Shown here: positions 51,028 through 61,149 of the stretch, in pieces | Layout: each line of letters starts with the position of its first letter | How positions within the stretch are numbered: position 1 is the first letter of the stretch | Source of the DNA: an uncultured Acidobacteriota bacterium | GTDB lineage: Bacteria; Actinomycetota; Acidimicrobiia; Spongiisociales; ZC4RG35 | Assembly: GCA_963749415.1 (NCBI GenBank) | Contig: CAVVMG010000001.1 | Coordinates: 1,486,765 to 1,550,764, forward strand | Direction of reading: 5' to 3' | Length of the DNA: 64,000 nucleotides | Position numbers and translations under genes: made by a program | Notes under the pieces: model-generated | Told to the model about the DNA's origin: nothing | Seen by the model: only the letters and a program-made list of their open reading frames with translations | The model's database searches: none

Positions 51028-51954
51028 TCACTCCTCGAGCCAGGCCACGATCAGGTCGCCAACGAACTGGGGCAGATACATCTCGTTGTGATGGGCGCCC
51101 TCTACCGCCTCGACCAGGGCTTCGGAACCCGAGTCGTTGAGCGCATCTGCGAAGTCGATGGTGAAGGAAGGAGCGATGAAGCCGTCTTCCTCGCCGTACA
51201 TCAGCAACGAGCTCAAGCCGGGGTTGAGGCCGATGAGGTTCATCGGGTTCCCCGCCTCCCAGGCTTCGGGAACCTGAGCCGGCCCGCCGCCGAAGAAGGG
51301 GTACATCAGGACCCCGAGTCGCGTCACGTCATAGGGCCCGGCCAGGCCCACCAGGCGGTCGGGAATCCAGGGCCCGGGCAGAGTGCACGACCCGCTGTGA
51401 CTGCCGCCGTCGAGCGCTGCGACCGCCGCCAGATGAGCACCGGCAGAGTGCCCGAGGACAGCCACCGACCCATCTGCGTCCGGATGGGTGATGGCGAACC
51501 CGATGGCACAGGTGACATCGTCCACCGCAGCCGGGTAGCCGGGCGTCTCGCCGGCGAGTTGGTAGGCAGTGTTCACCGTCAGGTAGCCGCGGTCGGTGAG
51601 GAACCGAGCCAAGGGCCTCATGAGCGAAGGGTCACCCGCTACCCAGCCGCCACCGTGGACCAGCACCACGGCCGGAAACGGGGGAACTCCGTCGGGGATC
51701 ATCACCTCAGCGTCTATCTCGAAATCCGGAGCGACCGAGGTGGTGGTGGTTGCAAACGTGCTCGTGGTGGTCGCAGCGGTTGTCGTTGCAACCATGGAGG
51801 TGGTCCCGCCCTCCGTGGTCGAGGTGGCCGCCGGCGGCAGGGAGGTCGTGCTGGTCGGCCCGGACCCGACGCCGCCGGCGCAGGACACCAGCGCCAGCGC
51901 CGCGAGCGACGAGATCAGGCGAGCAGTGATGCCGCTTCCCGATCCACGTACCAC
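51028..51954 (-). CDS. Alpha/beta-hydrolase-fold esterase/lipase lipoprotein
   Basis: Candidate signal peptide RLISSLAALALVSCAGG, a Thr-rich linker, then HGGGW...GHSAGAHLA (GxSxG nucleophile). Start set at the in-frame GTG; the Arg/Gly-rich upstream part of the 370-aa ORF in the track is rejected. It would overlap the 3' end of pgl by ~40 nt. Confidence 0.65.
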   Translation of the reverse strand: MVRGSGSGITARLISSLAALALVSCAGGVGSGPTSTTSLPPAATSTTEGGTTSMVATTTAATTTSTFATTTTSVAPDFEIDAEVMIPDGVPPFPAVVLVHGGGWVAGDPSLMRPLARFLTDRGYLTVNTAYQLAGETPGYPAAVDDVTCAIGFAITHPDADGSVAVLGHSAGAHLAAVAALDGGSHSGSCTLPGPWIPDRLVGLAGPYDVTRLGVLMYPFFGGGPAQVPEAWEAGNPMNLIGLNPGLSSLLMYGEEDGFIAPSFTIDFADALNDSGSEALVEAVEGAHHNEMYLPQFVGDLIVAWLEE

Positions 51955-52592
51955 TCGACCACGCCTTCGCCCTCGGCGAGCCCCCCCGCCGGGTTCCGGC
52001 CATCGAAGGCCGCCTCGAGGGCATCGGCCTTCTCGCCGCCGTAGGCCACCACGACGGTGAGCCGGGCTCGCCACAACAGGGGGAAGGTGGCGGTCAGCCG
52101 AACCTCGTCGATGCTCGGCACCTCGTTGGCCACGAACCACCGGCTCGACTCATCGAGGCCGGCGGTGCCCGGGAACAGAGAAGCGGTGTGCCCGTCACTC
52201 CCCATGCCGAGGATGACCAGGCTGGGCGGGCCTGATCCGTGCAATGAGCGGAGGTGAGCCTCGTAGTGGGCTGCGACATCGCCGGGCTCGAGGTATTCGC
52301 TCCACCGGGGACGGGCGAACCGTGCCCCAACGTGATCGAGGAGCGTCTCCGACACCATTCGCCCGTTGGAGCGCTCATGGTCCGGAGGTACCCAACGCTC
52401 GTCGGAAAGCCATGCGTCGACCCGGTCCCATCCGCTTGCTCGCCCCCGAAGCGCCCGGTACGCGGCCTCGGCCGCCGACCCTCCCGCCATTCCGATGGAC
52501 AGGCGATCGTCCGCTGTCGAGATCAGGGCCGCGACCCTGGCTGCTGCCCCCTCGGCGGCAGCTTCGGCAGTGTCGTGGACGAGCAGCTCCAT
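51915..52592 (-). CDS. pgl: 6-phosphogluconolactonase
   Basis: 225 aa with Pgl/DevB motifs (SIGMAGGS, DERWVP, LGMGSDGHTASLFPG). Confidence 0.85.
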   Translation of the reverse strand: MELLVHDTAEAAAEGAAARVAALISTADDRLSIGMAGGSAAEAAYRALRGRASGWDRVDAWLSDERWVPPDHERSNGRMVSETLLDHVGARFARPRWSEYLEPGDVAAHYEAHLRSLHGSGPPSLVILGMGSDGHTASLFPGTAGLDESSRWFVANEVPSIDEVRLTATFPLLWRARLTVVVAYGGEKADALEAAFDGRNPAGGLAEGEGVVEWYVDREAASLLA

Positions 52593-52620
52593 CTGTCAAC
52601 CGTACCCCTCATATACATTG

Positions 52621-53289
52621 GTGAACGTGGCGAAACAGGTGCGGATCGCATGGTCCGGGGGCGAAGTCGGCGGGATGATGACGGGCAGCGGGGGCGTGGG
52701 GATCCTGCTCGCCCATGGGGCCGGAACCGACCAAACCCATCGCTTCGTGGTCGGGTTGAGGGACGGGCTGGCGGAGCGCGGGCATCGCGTGCTGACCTTC
52801 AACTATCCATACACGGAGCGCGGGTCGAAGAGCCCGGACCGGCCGGAGCGGCTGTTGGCCTGCCATCGGGCGGCCGCCGACTTCCTGGATGCACAAGTCG
52901 AAACTCTGATACTCGCCGGGAGATCGATGGGAGGCCGGATGGGCACGCTCCTGGTCGCCGACGGCTATGAGGCGTCGGGTCTCGTCCTCTATTCCTACCC
53001 TCTTCACCCGGCAGGCAAGCCGGATGACCTTCGGATCGCCCACCTTCCCCGGATCACTGCCCCGATGCTGTTCTTTCAGGGGACCCGCGATGCCTTGAGC
53101 CGCATGGACCTTTTCGAGCGTCACATCTCGCCCCTCCCCAACGCGACCGTGGAGTTGCTAGAAGGTGCGAGCCACTCCTTCTCTGGTGGAGGCTGGACGG
53201 AGCAGGCACTCCTGGAGAAACTCGTGGATGGCACCACAGCATGGGTGGCCCGCCTCTCGTCTGGCAGAACCAGCCGCAGAGGGGCATAA
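52621..53289 (+). CDS. Alpha/beta-hydrolase-fold protein (dienelactone-hydrolase-like, KANL3/YjfP-type)
   Basis: LLAHGAG... and GRSMGGR (nucleophile elbow). Start ambiguous (GTG 52621, or ATG 52675). Confidence 0.7.
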   Translation: MNVAKQVRIAWSGGEVGGMMTGSGGVGILLAHGAGTDQTHRFVVGLRDGLAERGHRVLTFNYPYTERGSKSPDRPERLLACHRAAADFLDAQVETLILAGRSMGGRMGTLLVADGYEASGLVLYSYPLHPAGKPDDLRIAHLPRITAPMLFFQGTRDALSRMDLFERHISPLPNATVELLEGASHSFSGGGWTEQALLEKLVDGTTAWVARLSSGRTSRRGA

Positions 53290-53326
53290 TTGGGCCTCAC
53301 CTCTCGCTTCTCCAAGGAGTTTTTCG

Positions 53327-54001
53327 ATGCCCGAAGTCAGTCTGCGCGCCCACACGGGGAGAGCCACGGGCTCTCGTGAGTCGCGGCGCCTCCGTCGTAC
53401 CGGGAACGTTCCGGCGATCGTCTACGGCAAGGGCACCGACCCGGTCTCGATAGCTGTCGACGCCCATGACCTGCACGTCGTGCTTCACACCGCCGCCGGT
53501 GCCAATGCCCTGATCAACCTCGAGATCGAGGGTGGGGCAACCCTGCTCACCATGGCCCGCGTCATCGAGCGCCATCCCTACCGCAACGAGTACCGGCACA
53601 TCGACTTCGTGACCGTGTCGCTGGATGAGGTGGTCACCGCCGAGGTGGCGATCCATTTCGAGGGCACTCCGGCCGGGGTGCTGGAAGGTGGTGTTTTCTC
53701 CCCGCAGCGGACACACGTGATCATCGAGGCCCTGCCCACGGCAATCCCGTCGCATATCGAGCTCGACGTTTCTTCGATCGAGATCGGCGGCTCTCTGCGG
53801 ATCGACGACCTGCCCCTCATCGAAGGAGTCACCTACACCGAAGACCCCGAGGCGGTGGTGATGAGTGTCACCACGCCCGCTGCCGAGATCGTCGAGGAGC
53901 CCGAAGAGGAGCTCGAGGGCGAGGAAGCCGGTGAGGAAGGCGAGGTGGCCGAGGGTGAGGAGCCTGCTTCGGCAGAAGAACAAGGCGAAGACGCCGAATA
54001 G
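53327..54001 (+). CDS. rplY: 50S ribosomal protein L25 / general stress protein Ctc (long form with acidic tail)
   Basis: N-terminus MPEVSLRAHTGRATGSRESRRLRRTGNVPAIVYGKG typical of L25/Ctc. SD AAGGAG present. Glu-rich C-terminus. Confidence 0.9.
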   Translation: MPEVSLRAHTGRATGSRESRRLRRTGNVPAIVYGKGTDPVSIAVDAHDLHVVLHTAAGANALINLEIEGGATLLTMARVIERHPYRNEYRHIDFVTVSLDEVVTAEVAIHFEGTPAGVLEGGVFSPQRTHVIIEALPTAIPSHIELDVSSIEIGGSLRIDDLPLIEGVTYTEDPEAVVMSVTTPAAEIVEEPEEELEGEEAGEEGEVAEGEEPASAEEQGEDAE

Positions 54002-54011
54002 CCAGATCCAC

Positions 54012-54590
54012 ATGGTCGTCGGCCTGCGCAATCCGGGGGCCGACTACGACGGAACGAGGCACAACGCCGGCTATGAGGTTGTCGAGCGCGCGTTGTCCCG
54101 CCATGGGGCGAACTTGAAGCGAGGGCCATCACGGGTCCGGGCCCAGCTCGCAACCATCGGGGCCGGGGACTCCCGCGTGATCTATGTGGTCCCGTCCACG
54201 TTCATGAACGATTCCGGGGCCGCCGTGCGGGCGGCGGTGGAATATCACGGCGTGGACCTCTCCCGCCTCCTGGTGGTCCATGACGACATCGATCTGGCGT
54301 TCGGCCGGCTCCGCCTCCAGGTCGGCGGTGGCAGCGGGGGACACAACGGGATCCGCTCGGTGGAAAGGGCTTTGGGGACCCCGGAGTTCAACAGGTTGAA
54401 GCTGGGTGTCGGCCGCCCTCCGGGGTCGACGGACCCTGCTGCTTTCGTGCTCCGCCCCTTCACCAAGGAGGAGAGGCCCCAGGTCGACGTCATAGTCGAG
54501 GAGGCGGCGGACATACTCGAGCAGTGGCCCGCTGATCCGGCACGAGCCCAGGAGATGGCAGCACTCAGGGGCCGGGACCAGACCTCATGA
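54012..54590 (+). CDS. pth: Peptidyl-tRNA hydrolase
   Basis: 192 aa: MVVGLRNPGADYDGTRHNAG...HDDIDL...GGHNGIRS. Confidence 0.92.
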   Translation: MVVGLRNPGADYDGTRHNAGYEVVERALSRHGANLKRGPSRVRAQLATIGAGDSRVIYVVPSTFMNDSGAAVRAAVEYHGVDLSRLLVVHDDIDLAFGRLRLQVGGGSGGHNGIRSVERALGTPEFNRLKLGVGRPPGSTDPAAFVLRPFTKEERPQVDVIVEEAADILEQWPADPARAQEMAALRGRDQTS

Positions 54591-54613
54591 CTCCTTCCGC
54601 ATAACGTCCCGAG

Positions 54614-56104
54614 ATGGCCGAACACGTAGGCGCCCTCGATCAGGGCACGACCTCCACGAGGTTCATGATCTTCGACGCGTCGGGCGCGGTCGTGGCCACC
54701 GACCAGCGAGAGCACAGCCAGATCTTTCCGAAGCCCGGGTGGGTGGAGCACGATCCGTTCGAGATCTGGGAGAACGCCACCTCGTGCATCGAAGCGGCAT
54801 TGGCGAAGGGCGGGCTGACTGCGAGCGATCTGGCAGGGATCGGCGTCACCAATCAACGAGAGACCACTGTGGTCTGGGAACGGTCCACGGGCCGGCCCGT
54901 TGCCAACGCAGTGGTATGGCAGGACACCCGTACCGCTGACCTCTGCACCCGCCTTGCCGGAGCCGATGGCCCCGACCGGTTCCGGGGGCTGACCGGCCTC
55001 CCGCTCGCCACCTATTTCTCCGGCCCCAAGATCCGGTGGTTGCTCGATGAGCTCGACCTCCACGATGCCGCGGGCAGGGGCGAGCTCGCCTTCGGGACCA
55101 TCGACTCCTGGCTGACCTGGAATCTCACCGGAGGGCCGCGGCACGGGGACCACATCACCGATGTCACCAATGCATCACGAACTCTGCTCATGGACCTCGG
55201 CACCGCCACCTGGGATGCCGACCTGGCTCGGGAGATCGGCGTCCCCACCGCGATGCTCCCCGGGATCGTGCCCTCGATTGGTGTCGACGCGGTGTGTGTC
55301 GCGCCTCTGGAAGAGGTTCCTCTGGCTGCGATCCTCGGCGATCAACACGCCGCGATGGTCGGCCAGGTCTGCTTTCGGCCGGGTGAGGCCAAGAACACCT
55401 ACGGCACGGGAAACTTCATGCTGCTCAATACCGGTTCCCAGCCGGTCGCCTCGACCTCTGGCCTGCTCACGACCGTTGCCTATCAGCGAGCTGGTGAGCG
55501 GCCGGTCTATGCACTCGAGGGCTCGATCGCGGTCACCGGCGCAGTGGTGCAGTGGCTCCGTGACAATCTGGGCATTCTCACCGAGGCACGGGAAGTCGAG
55601 GAGCTTGCCGCCACCGTCGAGGACAACGGCGACGTCTATCTGGTCCCGGCTTTCTCCGGACTGTTCGCCCCTTACTGGCGGCCCGACGCCAGGGGCGTGG
55701 TCACCGGCCTCACCAGGTTTGCCAACAAGGGGCACCTCGCCCGGGCGGCTCTCGAGGCGAGCGCGTACCAGACCAGGGACGTCCTCGATGCGATGGTCAC
55801 CGACTCCGGGGCCCCGCTCAGCGAGCTCAGGGTCGATGGGGGCATGACGGCCAACTCCCTCCTCATGCAGTTCCAGGCGGACATCCTGGGTGTCGACGTG
55901 GTCCGGCCCCGGGTCGCGGAGACCACCGCGTTGGGAGCGGCCTTCGCTGCGGGGCTTGCGGTCGGGCTCTGGGGGAGCACCGAGGAGATCGCAGGCCTCT
56001 GGGCAGAGGACGCCAGGTGGTCGCCGGAGATGGGGATCGACGATCGGGAGCGTCTCTACGGCCGCTGGAAACAGGCGGTCGAGCGCTCTTTGGGATGGGT
56101 TTGA
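54614..56104 (+). CDS. glpK: Glycerol kinase
   Basis: 496 aa, full-length match to GlpK ([42 protein letters not shown]...). Confidence 0.93.
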   Translation: MAEHVGALDQGTTSTRFMIFDASGAVVATDQREHSQIFPKPGWVEHDPFEIWENATSCIEAALAKGGLTASDLAGIGVTNQRETTVVWERSTGRPVANAVVWQDTRTADLCTRLAGADGPDRFRGLTGLPLATYFSGPKIRWLLDELDLHDAAGRGELAFGTIDSWLTWNLTGGPRHGDHITDVTNASRTLLMDLGTATWDADLAREIGVPTAMLPGIVPSIGVDAVCVAPLEEVPLAAILGDQHAAMVGQVCFRPGEAKNTYGTGNFMLLNTGSQPVASTSGLLTTVAYQRAGERPVYALEGSIAVTGAVVQWLRDNLGILTEAREVEELAATVEDNGDVYLVPAFSGLFAPYWRPDARGVVTGLTRFANKGHLARAALEASAYQTRDVLDAMVTDSGAPLSELRVDGGMTANSLLMQFQADILGVDVVRPRVAETTALGAAFAAGLAVGLWGSTEEIAGLWAEDARWSPEMGIDDRERLYGRWKQAVERSLGWV

Positions 56105-56140
56105 CCCCGGACTTGCCTCGTTCTGCCCGTAAGATCGGCG

Positions 56141-56716
56141 GTGAGTCGAGGAGGACCCATCTCTCTGCCTGACATGCTCGCGCTGTCGAGGATCGTCCTG
56201 GTACCCGTGATCATGGCGTTCACCCGAAGCGAGCAAATCGAAAACAACCTGGTGATCGCGGCCCTGTTGTTCGGATTCGCCTCGATCACCGACTATTTCG
56301 ACGGCTACTTCGCGCGGAGGAGCACGGGCGGGACCACCCTCGGGGCCTTTCTCGACACCACCGCCGACAAGATCCTGGTGACCGGCACGCTTCTGGCGTT
56401 GGTTTCTGTCGACCTGGTGTCGATCTGGCCGGCGGCGATCATCATCTTCCGGGAGTTCCTGGTTATGGCCCTGCGCGGTGTAGTCGCGGCACAGGGCGGC
56501 CTGATCCGCCCCTCCACCTGGGGGAAGATCAAGACCATCACCCAGTTCGTGGCGATCTTCCTCGCTTTCTTCAGGCTGCCCGAGCCCTGGGGACCCTGGT
56601 ATCTCGACCAGTGGGCGATGCTGATCGCGGTCATCGCCACCATCGGGTCGGCCTGGGGCTACCTCACGGCCTTCTGGCACACCGTCCGCTCGGAGCCCAC
56701 CGGCGCCAGGACGTGA
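56141..56716 (+). CDS. pgsA: CDP-alcohol phosphatidyltransferase (PgsA-like)
   Basis: Motif DYFDGYFARRS...GAFLDTTADKI (D-G-x2-AR-x8-G-x3-D-x3-D). 5 TM. GTG start. Confidence 0.8.
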   Translation: MSRGGPISLPDMLALSRIVLVPVIMAFTRSEQIENNLVIAALLFGFASITDYFDGYFARRSTGGTTLGAFLDTTADKILVTGTLLALVSVDLVSIWPAAIIIFREFLVMALRGVVAAQGGLIRPSTWGKIKTITQFVAIFLAFFRLPEPWGPWYLDQWAMLIAVIATIGSAWGYLTAFWHTVRSEPTGART

Positions 56717-57693
56717 AGGTCGCCGTCACCGGCGGGTCCGGCGTGGTTGGCGCCGCCGTGCTTCACCGGGTCGTTGCCGCGGGCCACGAGGTGAAGGCAC
56801 TGGCACGGTCTCCCGAGTCTGCCGGGAAGGTGGAGACGTTTGGAGCCGAGCCCGTTGCTGGTGACGTGCTCGACGTCGAGAGCCTGCGTCGCCTGGTGTC
56901 CGGTGCCGACTGGGTGTTCAACATCGCCGGCGTCAATGAGATGTGCCCCCGAGATCCGGATCTGATGGACCGGGTCAACGTGGTCGGCACCCGCAACGTC
57001 GTCGATGCCTGCCGTGCAGGCGGTGCGAGGAGGTTGGTGCACACCTCGAGTGCAGTCGCCATCGGTGAAAGCGAGGGATCCATCGGGTCGGAGGAGAGCC
57101 ATCATCGAGGGTGGTACCTCTCCCGGTACGAGCGCTCCAAGCACCTCTCGGAGAAGGTCGCCCTCGAAGCAGCGCAGGGGCTCGAGGTGGTCGTAGTCAA
57201 CCCATCATCGGTCCAGGGCCCGGGAAGGGCCACCGGTACCGGAAAGCTGATTCTCGACCTCCTCCGGGGCAAGGTTCCGTTCCTGGTGGATACCTCCGTG
57301 TCCATCGTGGACATCGACGACTGCGCCGCCGGGCATTTGTTGGCTGCCGAACGGGGCGTGCCGGGGCGGCGCTATTTGCTCAATGGGATGTCGCTCCGCC
57401 TTGCGCAGGCCATCGACGTCATCGCCAGGGTCGACGGCGCCCGGGTGGCCCAGCGGTACCTTCCCGGAGCCGTCGCCTCGGCCATGGCCGGCATCGTGGA
57501 AGGTGGTGCGCGCATGGCCGGGCGGACTCCGCCGGTGTGCCGGGAGATGGCACGGGTACTCCGCCATGGCCACCGCTACGACGGATCGCTGGCAACTCGC
57601 GAGTTGGGTCTCACCTACCGGCCCATCGAAGACACTGTGCGCCGCACGATCGAGTGGTTCCGCTCCGAAGGGCTTCTCACCGCACCCCGGTAG
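56713..57693 (+). CDS. NAD-dependent epimerase/dehydratase-family (SDR) protein
   Basis: VAVTGGSGVVGAAV Rossmann motif. GTG overlaps the pgsA stop (GTGA). Confidence 0.8.
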   Translation: MKVAVTGGSGVVGAAVLHRVVAAGHEVKALARSPESAGKVETFGAEPVAGDVLDVESLRRLVSGADWVFNIAGVNEMCPRDPDLMDRVNVVGTRNVVDACRAGGARRLVHTSSAVAIGESEGSIGSEESHHRGWYLSRYERSKHLSEKVALEAAQGLEVVVVNPSSVQGPGRATGTGKLILDLLRGKVPFLVDTSVSIVDIDDCAAGHLLAAERGVPGRRYLLNGMSLRLAQAIDVIARVDGARVAQRYLPGAVASAMAGIVEGGARMAGRTPPVCREMARVLRHGHRYDGSLATRELGLTYRPIEDTVRRTIEWFRSEGLLTAPR

Positions 57694-57707
57694 GATCGAC
57701 CGGGCCA

Positions 57708-60700
57708 GTGCCCGCTCCTCTCGCCCCCCTCCTATCGGCATGGCGCTCCGCTCCGCTTCCCGCGTTGGATGGGATATGGGCCATGGCGCCGGGTGGCCGC
57801 GCGTTTGCCCTTGCCGGCCTCGCCGAGCAGCTCGACGATCTGCTTCTGGTCTTGGTCCCGGGAGAGCGAGACGCCGAGGACCTCGCCGACGACCTGCGCC
57901 TTTTTCTCGAGGACGTGACTCTTGCCCCGGCCTGGGAGACGCTTCCCTTCGAGCACGTCTCGCCCAACCTCACGACCATGGCCCAGCGGGCGCGGGCCCG
58001 GCATCGCCTCGCTGCCGGCGGGGGCCACGGCGTGGTGGTCGCCAGTGTTCGCAGCGCAATCCAGCGACTCAGCCCCTCGCCTCCGGATCCTTTGACGGTG
58101 GCCCGCGGCGACGAGTGGGGGCTGGACGACCTGGCTCGATCTCTCGCCGGCATCGGGTACTCGCGCACCGATCGCGTGGAAGGGCGTGGTGAGTTCGCGG
58201 TGCGCGGGGGCATCGTCGATGTGTTTCCCGCGCACGCCGACGATCCGGTCCGGATCGACTTTTGGGGCGACGCGGTCGACGACATCCGGGTCTTCTCGGT
58301 CGGCTCTCAACGCTCCGAAGACCCTGTCGAGGAGATGATGGCCTTTCCGGCTCGCGAATTCAGGCCCGACCCGGGGGTGAGAGAGCGAGCGAGCCGCCTT
58401 ACGAGCGACGAACCGTGGGCGGCCTCCACTTGGGATCGCATCGCAGAGGGCCAGATCTTCTCAGGCATCGAGTCCTGGCTTCCCTGGCTCGCCGAGCCCA
58501 CATCACTCATCGATCTCGCTCCGCGAAGTCGCCTGGTGGTGATCGAGCCTTCACGCGCCCTGGATCGGGCCCGCGACCTGATCAAGGAAGAGACCGACCT
58601 CGCCGAGGCGCTGGCGCCGACCTGGGGCGACCATGCGCCCGAGGCCGGTGAGCACCCTGCTCTGTTCCTCGACCTGGAAGAAAGGCTTGCTGACGCTTCC
58701 CATCTCCGTGTGCCCACCGCCCCGATCGGCCCCGGGGACCTGGTCCTGATGACGACAGGGCTCGACGCCACCGCCGGCGATCCCGAGTCGGTGACAGCCG
58801 CACTTCGCCGCCTCGTCGAAGCCAAAACAACCGTGGTGGTGGCCATGGACGGTGAGGCTGCCGCCGATCGGGTAGGCAGGGCGTTGGCCGAGCAAGGATT
58901 GTCCCTGGATCGGGTGGGCAGGCTCGACAACCGGAGGTCGGCGATCGTCCCGGTTGGGATTCATCACGGCCTGATCGCTCCCGAACTGGGAATCGCGGTT
59001 CTGGGTGAACAGGAGATCGCCGGCCGGCGGCGGGCTCATCGCCGGGTGGGCAGGAGTCGCGCCGCCCTCACCCACCAGTACCGTGACCTCGCCGAGGGCG
59101 ACTACGTGGTTCACCATCAGCACGGGATCGGGCGATTCGAGGGGCTGGTGTCGAGGACCATGGTCGGCACCGAGCGTGACTACCTCATCATCGCCTATGC
59201 GGGGGAGGACCGTTTGTACGTGCCCGTCGACCAACTGGCGGCGGTGACCAGATACACGGGCGGTGAGGCGCCCCGGGTATCCCGGATGGGGGGCAGGGAT
59301 TGGTCCGACCAGAAGGCGAGGGTGCGCATGGCCGTGGCTGCCGTTGCCCAACGTGTGGTCGAGTTGCACCGGATGCGGGCGGCAGCGGTCGGCTTTCCCT
59401 TCGGGCCCGATACACCGTGGCAGGGCGAGCTGGAGGGCTCCTTCCCCTTCGAGGAGACCCCTGACCAGATGCGGGCGATCACCGAGGTGAAGAAGGACAT
59501 GGAGCAGGCCGAGCCCATGGACCGGCTGGTGTTCGGGGATGTCGGCTTTGGGAAGACGGAAGTTGCGATCCGGGCGGCCTTCAAGGCGGTGCAGGCAGGA
59601 AAGCAGGTCGCAGTCCTCTGCCCGACAACGCTTCTCGTCCAGCAGCACCACCAGACATTCGGCGACCGTTTCGCCCCCTATCCAGTCCGGGTCGAGGCCC
59701 TTTCCCGGTTCCTCACCGCCAAACAGCAAGACCGGGTCGTGGCCGGTCTGGGCACTGGTGAAGTCGACGTCGTCCTCGGAACACACCGCCTCCTGTCCGA
59801 AGACGTCGACTTCAAGGAGCTCGGTCTGCTCGTCATCGACGAGGAGCAGCGGTTCGGGGTGGCCGCAAAGGACGCCTTGAAGCAGCTGAAGATCGGAGTG
59901 GACGTGCTCACACTGACCGCGACCCCGATCCCGAGGACCCTGGAGATGGCACTGACCGGGATCCGCGACGTGTCGCACATCCGGACTCCTCCCGAGGACC
60001 GTCATCCGATCCTGACCTACGTGGGGCCTTACGACGAACAAGCCGTCTCGGCGGCCATTCGGCGTGAGTTGCTGCGCGAGGGACAGGTGTTCTACGTCCA
60101 CAACCGGGTGCAGTCGATCGATCGGGCGGTTGCCCATCTACGCGAGCTCGTGCCCGACGCCCGTTTCGTGGTGGCGCACGGCCAGATGTCGGAGGGGAGG
60201 CTCGAGCAGGTGATGATCGACTTCTGGAACCGCGAGTACGACGTGATGGTCGCCACCACCATCATCGAATCCGGGCTCGACCTGCCCCAGGTCAACACCC
60301 TCATCGTGGAGCGCGCCGATCTCCTCGGCCTTGCCCAGCTCTATCAGCTCCGGGGCCGGGTGGGACGGTCCAGCCAGCGGGCCTATGCCTACCTGTTCCA
60401 TCCCCCGGAGCGGAGCCTCAGCGAGGAGGCGCATCGCAGGTTGGAGGCTATCGGGGAGGCGACCGATCTCGGCTCAGGCTTCCTCCTCGCCCTCAAGGAC
60501 CTCGAGATCAGGGGCGCCGGCTCGATCCTCGGCGAGGTGCAGAGTGGTCACATCGCAGCGGTGGGTTTCGATCTGTATGCCGAGCTGGTGGCGGAGGCGG
60601 TGTCCGAGCTCGAGGGAACCGGGGTGGTGAAGGAGGCGCCTGCGGAGATACGGATCGACCTCCCGGTTGACGCCCACCTGCCGGAGTCATACATCGCCGA

Positions 60701-61070
60701 CCAGGAGTTGCGGCTCGAGGCGTATCGCCGGCTCGCGGCGACCGCGACGCCTGCGGAAGTCGATGACGTGGCGAGGGAATGGGAGGACCGTTTCGGACCC
60801 CGGCCTCCGGCCGCCGAGGCCCTCCTCGACCTGGCCCGGCTTCGGGTGGAGGCGATGCGGGTCGGTCTCGAGGAGATGGTCAAATTGCGCCACGAGATAC
60901 GAATGGGCCCGGTCGACCTGAAACCCTCCCAGGAGGTCCGCCTCAAGCGGCTTCAACCGCGATCGGTGCTTCGGGCCGCGGAGGGGTTGATCTTCATCCC
61001 CGCCCCTAATCCGCTGGTTCCCGGGCTCTCCCGGTTCATCGCCGAGATGTGGCCGGAGGACGGTTCCTGA
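57708..61070 (+). CDS. mfd: Transcription-repair coupling factor Mfd
   Basis: Mfd domain order: UvrB-homology N-terminal region, RNAP-interaction domain, then superfamily-2 helicase (GDVGFGKTEVA, DEEQRFG, QLRGRVGRS) and a TRG/C-terminal domain. Start taken at the in-frame GTG 57708; ATG 57783 is an alternative. The first 200 aa of the 1319-aa ORF in the track overlap the epimerase and are rejected. Confidence 0.88.
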   Translation: MPAPLAPLLSAWRSAPLPALDGIWAMAPGGRAFALAGLAEQLDDLLLVLVPGERDAEDLADDLRLFLEDVTLAPAWETLPFEHVSPNLTTMAQRARARHRLAAGGGHGVVVASVRSAIQRLSPSPPDPLTVARGDEWGLDDLARSLAGIGYSRTDRVEGRGEFAVRGGIVDVFPAHADDPVRIDFWGDAVDDIRVFSVGSQRSEDPVEEMMAFPAREFRPDPGVRERASRLTSDEPWAASTWDRIAEGQIFSGIESWLPWLAEPTSLIDLAPRSRLVVIEPSRALDRARDLIKEETDLAEALAPTWGDHAPEAGEHPALFLDLEERLADASHLRVPTAPIGPGDLVLMTTGLDATAGDPESVTAALRRLVEAKTTVVVAMDGEAAADRVGRALAEQGLSLDRVGRLDNRRSAIVPVGIHHGLIAPELGIAVLGEQEIAGRRRAHRRVGRSRAALTHQYRDLAEGDYVVHHQHGIGRFEGLVSRTMVGTERDYLIIAYAGEDRLYVPVDQLAAVTRYTGGEAPRVSRMGGRDWSDQKARVRMAVAAVAQRVVELHRMRAAAVGFPFGPDTPWQGELEGSFPFEETPDQMRAITEVKKDMEQAEPMDRLVFGDVGFGKTEVAIRAAFKAVQAGKQVAVLCPTTLLVQQHHQTFGDRFAPYPVRVEALSRFLTAKQQDRVVAGLGTGEVDVVLGTHRLLSEDVDFKELGLLVIDEEQRFGVAAKDALKQLKIGVDVLTLTATPIPRTLEMALTGIRDVSHIRTPPEDRHPILTYVGPYDEQAVSAAIRRELLREGQVFYVHNRVQSIDRAVAHLRELVPDARFVVAHGQMSEGRLEQVMIDFWNREYDVMVATTIIESGLDLPQVNTLIVERADLLGLAQLYQLRGRVGRSSQRAYAYLFHPPERSLSEEAHRRLEAIGEATDLGSGFLLALKDLEIRGAGSILGEVQSGHIAAVGFDLYAELVAEAVSELEGTGVVKEAPAEIRIDLPVDAHLPESYIADQELRLEAYRRLAATATPAEVDDVAREWEDRFGPRPPAAEALLDLARLRVEAMRVGLEEMVKLRHEIRMGPVDLKPSQEVRLKRLQPRSVLRAAEGLIFIPAPNPLVPGLSRFIAEMWPEDGS

Positions 61071-61149
61071 CTCGATTTCCGAGTGATGATTGCCCGCCCG
61101 ATTCTCTACCATTCCGCCCACCTCCCTTCTTTCGCAAAAGGAACCTGTC

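Noticed and set aside
57111-57707. N-terminal ~200 aa of the 1319-aa ORF containing mfd
   Set aside because: Overlaps the epimerase gene in another frame and is compositionally nonsense. Mfd homology begins near 57708-57783.
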